From positions 1 to 19,149 of the forward strand of contig CAZHPN010000124.1 in the NCBI GenBank assembly GCA_964534375.1: DNA of 19,149 nucleotides, given 5' to 3'. The translations under genes were made by a program, and so were the position numbers. Source of the DNA: an uncultured bacterium (GTDB taxonomy: Bacteria; Lernaellota; Lernaellaia; Lernaellales; Lernaellaceae). Below the pieces are notes generated by a model, which was given only the letters and a program-made list of their open reading frames with translations, searched no databases and was not told the origin of the DNA. Below are positions 1 through 7,621 of the stretch, piece by piece (the stretch's first letter is position 1; each line of letters opens with the position of its first letter).

Positions 1-250
1 TAACTACACTAATCTCTTTGGGGTTGGTGTCTCAAAGTCGTTGACACGCGCCGCGGCGAAGCTCGCGGCGAATTTGCCCATACAGTAACGGTGAAACGGG
101 CTAAGGCTTTTCGACGGCGAGAATTGGGAAAACCCCGATGCCGAATTCGCGGAGGAAGGGGTTAACGTACAGGTCGATTTATCGCTCGATTCATCATCGG
201 AGCGGCCCACATGGCGCCGCCGGTCGTTCCACTCAGTTCACGATAGGTCG

Positions 251-454
251 ATGGACCAGCCCGCTCTCGCAACGTTCGGGGGTGTGCGTTTGGCGACCGC
301 ACGGAAACAGGATCGAGACCTCACCGGGGCGAATTTCGGCACAATCGGCCCGCTCGTCGCCGTCTTGGATCGGCGCAGGCGAATCGTGCGTTTCAACCCC
401 GCCGGCCAACCATTCGGCGACGGTCGTTTTGCGGGCACAGTTACCAAGATTTGA
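251..454 (+). pseudogene. Probable degenerate PAS-domain remnant upstream of the hybrid kinase
   Basis: The 67-aa ORF contains KQDRDLTGANFGTIGPLVAVLDRRRRIVRFNPAGQ, resembling the start of sensor-kinase PAS domains (coiled linker, then xxLVVVLDxxGRIVRFNxA). It jumps directly to a PAC-like end (RFAGTVTKI) and stops. Confidence 0.5.
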
Positions 455-489
455 GGGGGTCATCACCGAGTCGAATCGGGGGGGCGTTC

Positions 490-2829
490 ATGAACCATCG
501 AGAACGAAATTCACGTAGGAAAACGCAGCCGCCGGATCTTGCGGCGATTCTCGCGCACACGCCCGGCATCCTGTTTCTGATCGACGTCGAGCCAGGCGAG
601 GTCTTCCGCTATCGAGCGGTCAGCCAGGCGTTTCTGACCCGCTACGGTTTGACCGAAAACGATATCGTCGGACAAGTGGTCGCCGACAGGACGCAGCCCC
701 CATCGCCGACGCTCGTGATCAGCCGCTGCCTCGAGGCGTGCCGCACGAAGTCGACGGTGACCTGGGAGCACTGCTGGACTGACGACTCCGGCGCTAGGTG
801 CGTCGAGGCCGCGGTGACGCCGATCCTCGACAAACGCGGCAGTTGCAAGCACCTGCTGAGCGTCGCGAACGACGTCACGACGCGCAAGCGGGCGGAAGCA
901 GCGTTGCGCGACAGCGAGGAACGTTTCCGGCGGCTATTCGAAGACGCACTAGTGGGGATCTACCGCACCACCCCGGACGGCAGGATCTTGATGGCCAATC
1001 CCGCGTTGATCCGGATGGTCGGCTACGAATCGTTTGCCGAGTTGAAGAACCGCAACTTGGAAGCAGAGGGGTTCGCGCCCGAGCATCCGCGTTCGCACTT
1101 CAAAGAACTGCTGGACCAGCAAGGTTTCATCTCCGGCTTGGAATCGCGCTGGATCAGGGCGGACGGTTCCGACGTCTTTGTTCGGGAAAACGCACGCGCG
1201 CAGCGCGATGACGACGGCCGAATCCTTTACTACGAAGGCACCGTCGAGGATATCACGGCGCTCAAGCGCGCGGAGGAGGCGTTGCGCCGCAACGAGTCCA
1301 GGTTGCAGCGCACGCTCGATTTCGCGCCGGTCGGTTTGTCGATGGTCGCGGTCGACCGGCATTTGACCTGGTGCAACAAAGCGTTCTGCGATTTCCTGGG
1401 CTACGCGGCGGCGGAACTGATCGGCAAGACGATCGTCGAAATCACGTATCCGGAGGATGCGCAGTTCGGGATGGCGAGTCTGGAGGCGCTGCTGGCCGGT
1501 GATGCCGAATCCTCGCGCGTGCAAAAGCGATATCTCCGCAAGGACGGCGGGATCGTGTGGGGCGACGTCGTCACTTCGTTGATTCGCGACGAGCGCGGAA
1601 CGCCGCTCTATTTCCTGCCCGCCGTCGCGGACATCACCCAGCTCAAGTGGACGGAGCATAAATTGCGCGAACTCAACGCTACGCTCGAACAGCGCATTCG
1701 GGCTCGCACCGCCGAGCTGGAGCGCGGGGCGACGCAGCTTCGCGCCTTGGTCGCGGAGCTGGCCCTCACCGAGGAACGCGAACGGCAGCGATTGGCCGGC
1801 GTTCTCCATGACGGACTCCAGCAGCTTCTTGTGGCCGCCAAGCTCGGCTCCGTGGCCCTGCGCGAGCAAGTCGCGGCGGACGAGCACAAAGCGCAGGCGG
1901 CGCGGGTGATCGACCTGCTCGGGCAATCGATCGACGCCAGCCGGTCGCTCACCCTGGAACTCTGTCCTCCGATCCTCAGCGACGCGGGTCTGGCGCCGGC
2001 GTTGACCTGGCTCGCCAAGTGGATGCGCGAGAAACACGGCCTCGCGGTCGCGGTGACGGCGCCGGAACCGGCGGTCGCCGTGCCCGATGACGTGAGCCAC
2101 ATGCTCTTTCAGGCCGTGCGGGAATTGTTGTTCAACGTCGTCAAACACGCCGGCGTCAAGAACGCCCGCGTAACCATGACGCTCGACGGCGGCCGGAACC
2201 TGACCGTCGCCGTCGCCGACGACGGCCAGGGCTTCGACGCCGCGGCGCACGCCGCCGGGAACGCCGCCGGCTCGTTCGGCCTGTTCAGCATTCGCGAACG
2301 CTTCGCGTTGCTCGACGGTCGCATGGAGATTGACAGCGCGCCCGGCAGGGGGACGTGCGTCACGCTGACGGCGCCCCTGACGCCGGCGGACCGGGCGTCG
2401 CCGGCGGAAGCGACGCCCCAGTCGGACACGGAACTGCTTTCGCCGGCGACCGTTCCCAGCCCGATCCGCATCGTCGTCGCCGACGACCATACGCTGGTCC
2501 GCAAAGGATTGGTGGAACTGTTGCACAAGACGCCCGGACTCGTCGTCGTGGGCGAGGCCGCCGAGGGTTGGGAGGCTCTCGAACGAGCCCGCCAGTTGAA
2601 ACCGGACGTCGTGTTGATGGACGTAGCGATGCCCCGGATGAACGGGATCGACGCCACGCGCCTCTTGTGCGGCGAGATGCCCGCCGTGCGCGTCGTCGGC
2701 TTGTCGATGCACGCGAGCGCCGACACGGCCGCCCGCATGCACGAGGCGGGCGCGGTGGGTTATTTGGCCAAGGACAGCGCCATCGACGACCTGATCGCGG
2801 CCCTCCGCCACGCGGCGACGCGGCCGTAA
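490..2829 (+). CDS. Cytoplasmic hybrid sensor kinase: 3x PAS/PAC + HisKA_3 + HATPase_c + NarL-type receiver domain (779 aa)
   Basis: PAC ends DVTTRKRAE, DITALKRAE and DITQLKWTE; HisKA_3 box EERERQRLAGVLHDGLQQLL; ATPase boxes ELLFNVVKHA, DDGQGFD, SFGLFSIRER and SAPGRGT; receiver motifs VADDH, DVVLMDVAMPRMNG and YLAK. ATG at 490 follows a G-rich SD-like run and is preferred over the TTG at 451. No obvious TM segment. Confidence 0.93.
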   Translation: MNHRERNSRRKTQPPDLAAILAHTPGILFLIDVEPGEVFRYRAVSQAFLTRYGLTENDIVGQVVADRTQPPSPTLVISRCLEACRTKSTVTWEHCWTDDSGARCVEAAVTPILDKRGSCKHLLSVANDVTTRKRAEAALRDSEERFRRLFEDALVGIYRTTPDGRILMANPALIRMVGYESFAELKNRNLEAEGFAPEHPRSHFKELLDQQGFISGLESRWIRADGSDVFVRENARAQRDDDGRILYYEGTVEDITALKRAEEALRRNESRLQRTLDFAPVGLSMVAVDRHLTWCNKAFCDFLGYAAAELIGKTIVEITYPEDAQFGMASLEALLAGDAESSRVQKRYLRKDGGIVWGDVVTSLIRDERGTPLYFLPAVADITQLKWTEHKLRELNATLEQRIRARTAELERGATQLRALVAELALTEERERQRLAGVLHDGLQQLLVAAKLGSVALREQVAADEHKAQAARVIDLLGQSIDASRSLTLELCPPILSDAGLAPALTWLAKWMREKHGLAVAVTAPEPAVAVPDDVSHMLFQAVRELLFNVVKHAGVKNARVTMTLDGGRNLTVAVADDGQGFDAAAHAAGNAAGSFGLFSIRERFALLDGRMEIDSAPGRGTCVTLTAPLTPADRASPAEATPQSDTELLSPATVPSPIRIVVADDHTLVRKGLVELLHKTPGLVVVGEAAEGWEALERARQLKPDVVLMDVAMPRMNGIDATRLLCGEMPAVRVVGLSMHASADTAARMHEAGAVGYLAKDSAIDDLIAALRHAATRP

Positions 2830-2943
2830 CGCCGCCAAACCCCCGGCGGCCCGCTCGTGACAAGACGCGCGTGGCGTCAATTGAGGTGGCAAATTCCGGG
2901 CTTTTCGTGAGAAAAGAGCCGCGCGGCGCGTTTCACACCTCTC

Positions 2944-2952
2944 TGCTACAAT
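2944..2952 (+). promoter_or_regulatory. Extended -10 promoter candidate (TGcTACAAT) for the RlmD-like gene
   Basis: TG-N-TACAAT ends 18 nt before ATG 2971. No good -35 element. Confidence 0.4.
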
Positions 2953-2970
2953 GCCGGGCGGGGGCGCAGC

Positions 2971-4248
2971 ATGAGCGAAGTGAAAACGCCAGCGATCGGC
3001 GAGGAAATCGAGGTCGAAATCGAGACCATTGCCGCGGGGGGCCGGGGCAAGGGCCGGAGTCTAGCGGCGGGGTTCGAGAAGATCGCGTTTTTTGTCGACG
3101 GCGCGGCGCCCGGCGACCGCGTGCGCGCGCGCGTCACCGGCGGACGCAAGCGCTATTTCGAGGCCGAGCTCGTCGAATTGCTGGCCGCCGGACCGGTGCG
3201 GGTCGCGCCGCCCTGCCCGCATTACCCCGTCTGCGGCGGCTGCCAGCTCATGCACGTCGAATACGGCGCGCAGGGCGCGGCGAAGGGCGAGATTCTCGGC
3301 TACACACTGCGCCGGCGCGGATTGGGCGAGTTTGCGCCGCCGGTGACGCCGTCGCCGCAGCCCCTGCGTTATCGCGTGCGCAGCACGCTGGTCGCGACGG
3401 CCGCGGGCGAGCCCGCGATGCAACAGCGCGGCAGCCACGACCTGACGCCGCTGCGCCTGTGCCGCCAAATGCGCGAGCCGCTCGAAGCGGCGCTGTTCCC
3501 CGCGACGCGCCAGCTCGCCGCACGGTCAGGTTCCGATTGCGCCCGGCCGCTGCGCGTACGCGGCGCGCTCGATGTGGAAAGCGGCCGCGTGTTCGTGCAC
3601 CCCTATCGCGAACTGCGCGACGCCGACAGCCCGCGCGATTGGTTCGAGGTCGCGGCGGGCGAGTTGCGCGAGACCGCCGACCCGGTTTGCGCGACGCGCG
3701 TCGCCGGGCGTTTGCTGCGGTACGCGCCCGATTGCTTTGCGCAGGTGAATCCCGAGGTCAATGAGGCGCTGGTGGCGCACGCGCTGGCGGCCCTGGCGCC
3801 GGAGCGCGCCGACCGCGTGTTGGAGTTGTACGCCGGCGTCGGCAATTTCACGTTGCCGCTCGCGGCGGCCGCGGCGGAGGTGGTCGCGGTCGAATGGCCG
3901 CGCGCCGCGAAATTCGGGCAGCAGAACGCCCGCGACGCCGGCCTCGAAAACGCACGGTTTCTGGGCGGCGACGTCGGCGGCACGCTGGCCGAGCTGGCGC
4001 GGCGGCGCGAGCGCTTCGACCTGCTGCTGGCCGATCCGCCCCGCGACGGCTTGGGCCGGACCGTGTGCGGCGCGATCGGTGGGCTGCGCCCGCGGCGGCT
4101 GGCGTACGTTTCGTGCGAGCCGCAGACGCTCGCCGCGGATCTGGAGGCCCTGACGCCGCTGGGCTACCGCCTGCACTCGGTCGCCGCGTTCGATATGTTT
4201 CCGCAGACCTTCCACTTCGAATCGTGCGTTATATTGGAGTTGGCTTAA
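2971..4248 (+). CDS. rlmD: 23S rRNA (uracil-C5)-methyltransferase, RlmD/RumA (TrmA) family, with TRAM domain and 4Fe-4S motif
   Basis: N-terminal TRAM (FVDGAAPGDRVRARV); CPHYPVCGGCQLMH cluster motif; FAQVN; SAM motif LELYAGVGNF; DPPRDGL; catalytic YVSCEPQTLAADL; DMFPQTFHFE. The exact target uridine cannot be determined from sequence. Confidence 0.9.
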   Translation: MSEVKTPAIGEEIEVEIETIAAGGRGKGRSLAAGFEKIAFFVDGAAPGDRVRARVTGGRKRYFEAELVELLAAGPVRVAPPCPHYPVCGGCQLMHVEYGAQGAAKGEILGYTLRRRGLGEFAPPVTPSPQPLRYRVRSTLVATAAGEPAMQQRGSHDLTPLRLCRQMREPLEAALFPATRQLAARSGSDCARPLRVRGALDVESGRVFVHPYRELRDADSPRDWFEVAAGELRETADPVCATRVAGRLLRYAPDCFAQVNPEVNEALVAHALAALAPERADRVLELYAGVGNFTLPLAAAAAEVVAVEWPRAAKFGQQNARDAGLENARFLGGDVGGTLAELARRRERFDLLLADPPRDGLGRTVCGAIGGLRPRRLAYVSCEPQTLAADLEALTPLGYRLHSVAAFDMFPQTFHFESCVILELA

Positions 4249-4273
4249 GCGGTCGCGGGCGCCGCAAACGCCC

Positions 4274-4318
4274 TTGACCGCTAGTTCCAATCGAGATATA
4301 TAGACATATAGCTACATA
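4274..4318 (+). promoter_or_regulatory. Sigma70-type promoter (TTGACC-N17-TATATA) overlapped by an imperfect palindromic operator
   Basis: TTGACC at 4274-4279 and TATATA at 4297-4302. Dyad TATATAG-N8-CTACATA at 4297-4318 in an AT-rich island. SD AGGAGA precedes ATG 4342. Confidence 0.55.
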
Positions 4319-4341
4319 ACCAACTGGCCAGGAGACACGCC

Positions 4342-7300
4342 ATGCCCGCCATCGATGCCGCCGAGCAAAAGTTCCTGCGAGAGAAATTCGGCAATCGCGT
4401 CAGTTTCGACCGGCTCGAGCGCAAGCTGTACAGCCACGACATCGGCGCGATGCCGAGCCTGATCAAGCCGCTGGTCGGCGGCACGACGCCCGAGGGCATC
4501 GTGCAACCGGAGACCGAGGCGGAACTCGCCGAGATCGTGCGCTGGGCGTACGAAAAGCGCATCCCCGTGACGCCGCGCGCCAAAGCCTCGTCGGGCTACG
4601 GCGGCGTGCTGCCGATCCGGGGCGGCCTCGTGGTCGATTTCTTCCGCTTGAACAAGGTGCTCGACGTTGACCCGGCCGCGCTGACGGCAACGGTCGAGGC
4701 GGGGGTCGTCTGGGAGAAGCTCGAAGGCGCGCTCGCGAAAAGCGGGCTGATGCTGAAGCTGTATCCGTCGAGCGCGCCGGGCTCGACGGTCGGCGGCTGG
4801 TTTGCGCAGGGCGGCGCCGGTTTCGGCTCGTTCGAGTCCGGTTGGTTCCGCGAGAACGTCGTCGCGGCGCGCGTGGTGCTGCCGTCCGGCGAGGTGAAAA
4901 ATTTCAGCGGCGAGGAACTCGACCTCATCGCCGACGCCGAGGGCGTCACCGGCTTCATCAGCCAGCTCACCGTCAAGGTGCTGCCGCTGGAAGAACTGAC
5001 GATCGTCGCCGCCAGCTTTCCCGAGGCGCCGCAATTGCAGCGCGCCATCGAGGGCGTCGTCGCGCGCGATCTGCCGGTGTGGTCGATGACCTTCATCAAT
5101 CCGAAGATGGCCGAACTGAAAAGCAAAGCGCCGCTCGCCGAGCACCTGGGCCACCCGGTCGGCGAACGCGTCGCGTTGCCATCGGCATATATCGCCACGC
5201 TGGCGTTCCGCCAACGCGACAGCGCCGCGATCATCGCCGCGCTGCCGGCGCTGGTGAAGGAGTGCGGCGGCGAAATGCTGAGCGACCGGATCGCGCGGCA
5301 CGAATGGGACGAACGGTTCAAGTTGATGGTCGTCAAGCGCCTCGGCCCGAGCCTGATCCCGACCGAGGCCGTCATTCCGCTGAAGTCGCTGGGCGCCGTG
5401 ATGAGCGAGATCGAGCGCAAAATCACCAAGCCCGTGATCAAAGAGGGCGCGGTCGTCCGCCGTGGCCGCGACGGCGCGCCGGAGATCGTCATCCTCGGCT
5501 TTATCCCCGCCGACCAGCGCCGGTTCGCGTACAACTTCGTCTTTCCGCTGTCGCTGTCGGTGATCCGCATCGCCCGCAAGCACGGCGGCCGCGCCTACTC
5601 GACGGGCCTCTACTTCAAGCACAAGTCGGCGGAGGTGCTCGGCGAGGCGCGGGTCCGGCGGCTGACCGAATACAAGGCGCAGATCGACCCCAAGGGCCTG
5701 CTCAACCCGGGCAAGGTCATCGGCTCGAGCGCACTCAACGTCGCGATGGAGTTGGCCTGCCGCCTCGAGCCGCTGATCCGGCCCTTCGGCAACCAAGTGA
5801 CGATCGACATCGGCGAACGGCCGACCGCGCCGGTGCGCGGCATCCCGGCCGACGTCGCCTGGTACGCGTACAGTTGCAGCCAGTGCGGCTATTGCGTGGA
5901 GGAATGCGACCAGTTCTACGGTCGCGGCTGGGAAAGCCAGAGCCCGCGCGGCAAATGGTACTGGCTGCGCGAATACATGGAAGGTCGCGAAGAGTGGAGC
6001 CAGTTCATGGTCGACACGATGATCGTCTGCACCACCTGCGAGATGTGCAACCGCCGGTGCAGCGCCGCGTTGCCGATCGAGCCGTCCTGGATGAAGCTGC
6101 GCGGCAAGCTGATCCAGGAAGACAAGCGCATGACGTTCCCGCCGTTCGAGATGATGGCGGCGGCGCTGACGGCCGAGGGCAACATCTGGGCCGGCTACCG
6201 GCAGGAACGCGACGCCTGGTTTCCCGAGCAACTGCGCGACGAACACTTGGGCAAAAAGGCGCGCGTCGCCTACTTCGCGGGATGCACGGCCAGCTACGTC
6301 GAGAAGGACATCGGCATTGCCAGCGTGCGCCTGCTGCACGACGCGGGCGTCGATTTCACGTACATCGGCAAGAAGGAGAATTGCTGCGGCACGCCGATGC
6401 TGGTCGCCGGCAAGTGGGACGAATTCGCCGAGGTGGTCCGCCGCAATCTGGCGGCGATGGACGCGGCCGGCGCGGAAACGGTCGTCACCTCGTGCCCGGC
6501 CTGCAACATGATGTGGCGGCACGTCTACCCCGAGTGGGCGAAAAAACTGGGCCTCGAATATCACATTCAGGCGAAGCACTACAGTGAGGTCGTCGCCGAA
6601 AAGCTGCAAGCCGGCGCGTTCAAGTTCCCGGCGAACGGCCACGCCAAAGAGGTGGTTACGTGGCACGATTCCTGCCACATGGGGCGGGTCTCGGGCATCT
6701 ACGAAGAGCCGCGCGCGGTGATCAAGGCCGTGCCGGGCGTCGAGCTGGTCGAGATGGACCACAACCGCGAGACCGCGCATTGCTGCGGCAGCGTGCTGAC
6801 GCTGATCAAAGACCCGCCAGTCGCCGCCGAGATTGGCAAGACGCGCCTGGACGAAGCGCTCGCGGCGGGCGCGCAGGCGGTGCTGGCGGCCTGCCCGTGC
6901 TGCGAGTTCCAGTTGCGGGTGACGCGCGACAAGAAGAATCTGCCGATCGAGATCGTCGACCTCGCGCGTTTCTGCGCCGACGCGCTGGGCTACGACTTGC
7001 CCGATCCGCATCCGGAGGTGCGCGCGCAGTGGGCCGTTTTCGAAGCGATGATCGCGCTGATGACGCCCCAAGGTTTCGCGGACCTCATGGGCACGATGTG
7101 GCCCGAACTGATCGGCGCGATGCCGTTCGGCATGGGGCCGATGATGCGCCTGGCCGGCAAAATCCCCGGCATGCTAAGCCTGATGAAGCCGATGTTTCCG
7201 CTGCTCTTCCCGCGCCTGTTGCCGATGATGATGCCGAAGGTCATGCCGACGATGCTTGACCGCGTGGCGGCGAAGGTCCCGATGCCCGGCTACATGCGCG

Positions 7301-7413
7301 AGCAGATGCCGGAGCTGATGCCGAAAGTGATGGACAACCTGATGCCGCACATGATCGGCGACGTCGTGCCGCTGGTCACGCAGCCGATGATCGACTACCT
7401 GCGCGGAAAGTGA
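4342..7413 (+). CDS. FAD-binding (VAO/GlcD-type) + 2x 4Fe-4S + 2x CCG domain oxidoreductase (GlcD-GlcF-like fusion) with Met/Pro-rich C-terminal extension
   Basis: FAD_binding_4 motifs (IVQPETEAEL, IPVTPRAKASSGYGG, ATVEAGVVW, STVGGWFA) and DPKGLLNPGKV; CSQCGYCVEEC and CTTCEMCNRRC; CCG motifs YFAGCT/NCCG/TSCPAC and WHDSCH/HCCG/AACPCC; strong GC3 codon bias. Confidence 0.92.
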   Translation: MPAIDAAEQKFLREKFGNRVSFDRLERKLYSHDIGAMPSLIKPLVGGTTPEGIVQPETEAELAEIVRWAYEKRIPVTPRAKASSGYGGVLPIRGGLVVDFFRLNKVLDVDPAALTATVEAGVVWEKLEGALAKSGLMLKLYPSSAPGSTVGGWFAQGGAGFGSFESGWFRENVVAARVVLPSGEVKNFSGEELDLIADAEGVTGFISQLTVKVLPLEELTIVAASFPEAPQLQRAIEGVVARDLPVWSMTFINPKMAELKSKAPLAEHLGHPVGERVALPSAYIATLAFRQRDSAAIIAALPALVKECGGEMLSDRIARHEWDERFKLMVVKRLGPSLIPTEAVIPLKSLGAVMSEIERKITKPVIKEGAVVRRGRDGAPEIVILGFIPADQRRFAYNFVFPLSLSVIRIARKHGGRAYSTGLYFKHKSAEVLGEARVRRLTEYKAQIDPKGLLNPGKVIGSSALNVAMELACRLEPLIRPFGNQVTIDIGERPTAPVRGIPADVAWYAYSCSQCGYCVEECDQFYGRGWESQSPRGKWYWLREYMEGREEWSQFMVDTMIVCTTCEMCNRRCSAALPIEPSWMKLRGKLIQEDKRMTFPPFEMMAAALTAEGNIWAGYRQERDAWFPEQLRDEHLGKKARVAYFAGCTASYVEKDIGIASVRLLHDAGVDFTYIGKKENCCGTPMLVAGKWDEFAEVVRRNLAAMDAAGAETVVTSCPACNMMWRHVYPEWAKKLGLEYHIQAKHYSEVVAEKLQAGAFKFPANGHAKEVVTWHDSCHMGRVSGIYEEPRAVIKAVPGVELVEMDHNRETAHCCGSVLTLIKDPPVAAEIGKTRLDEALAAGAQAVLAACPCCEFQLRVTRDKKNLPIEIVDLARFCADALGYDLPDPHPEVRAQWAVFEAMIALMTPQGFADLMGTMWPELIGAMPFGMGPMMRLAGKIPGMLSLMKPMFPLLFPRLLPMMMPKVMPTMLDRVAAKVPMPGYMREQMPELMPKVMDNLMPHMIGDVVPLVTQPMIDYLRGK

Positions 7414-7419
7414 GAGGGG

Positions 7420-7506
7420 GAGTCAGAAGTCGGAGGTCAGAAGTCGGGCGCAGGGGCGCCGCTTGCCGCGCCCCCGTGAAATCAGAAGCCGGAAATCAGA
7501 AGAAAG
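7420..7506. repeat. Degenerate 7-bp tandem repeats interrupted by a GC-rich hairpin
   Basis: GAGTCAG AAGTCGG AGGTCAG AAGTCGG (7420-7447) and AAATCAG AAGCCGG AAATCAG AAGAAAG (7479-7506). Confidence 0.8.
7450..7474 (+). repeat. REP-like palindrome (GCAG-headed variant of GTAG-type REP)
   Basis: GCAGGGGCGCCGCTTGCCGCGCCCC: stem GGGGCGC (7453-7459) / GCGCCCC (7468-7474) with an 8-nt loop. Single copy in the window. Confidence 0.45.
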
Positions 7507-7539
7507 TTGCAGGCGCCAATGGGAATGCCGCGGGGTCGG

Positions 7540-7614
7540 TCTGACGGGTCCGACGAGTCTGACCTGTCAGACAAGTCAGACTTTTCCGACCCGAGTCCCG
7601 AATCCCGAGTCCCG
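7540..7614. repeat. Six tandem 9-mers (TCHGACNNN) followed by three 7-mers (ARTCCCG)
   Basis: TCTGACGGG TCCGACGAG TCTGACCTG TCAGACAAG TCAGACTTT TCCGACCCG (7540-7593), then AGTCCCG AATCCCG AGTCCCG (7594-7614). Confidence 0.9.
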
Positions 7615-7621
7615 CCCGCCG

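Noticed and set aside
41..70. Perfect TTGACA at 41-46 as a promoter
   Set aside because: No -10-like hexamer at 16-18 bp spacing.
60..180. Possible riboswitch (c-di-GMP or cobalamin) upstream of the kinase
   Set aside because: Only isolated words resemble the consensus, and I could not build the conserved stems. An Infernal/Rfam scan would settle it.
949..2892. 647-aa minus-strand ORF
   Set aside because: Antisense shadow of the kinase in GC-rich DNA; Arg/Ala/Gly-rich with no domain motifs.
2831..2920. Hairpins after the kinase (GCCGCC/GGCGGC and CTTTTC-GTGA-GAAAAG) as a terminator or riboswitch
   Set aside because: Short stems, no U-tract after the first hairpin, and no aptamer consensus.
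4312..7071. 919-aa minus-strand ORF
   Set aside because: Antisense shadow of the oxidoreductase caused by codon bias; no recognisable motifs.
7540..7614. CRISPR array interpretation of the repeats (also 17871-17915)
   Set aside because: Units are 7-9 bp with no 25-45 bp spacers, and no cas genes are present.
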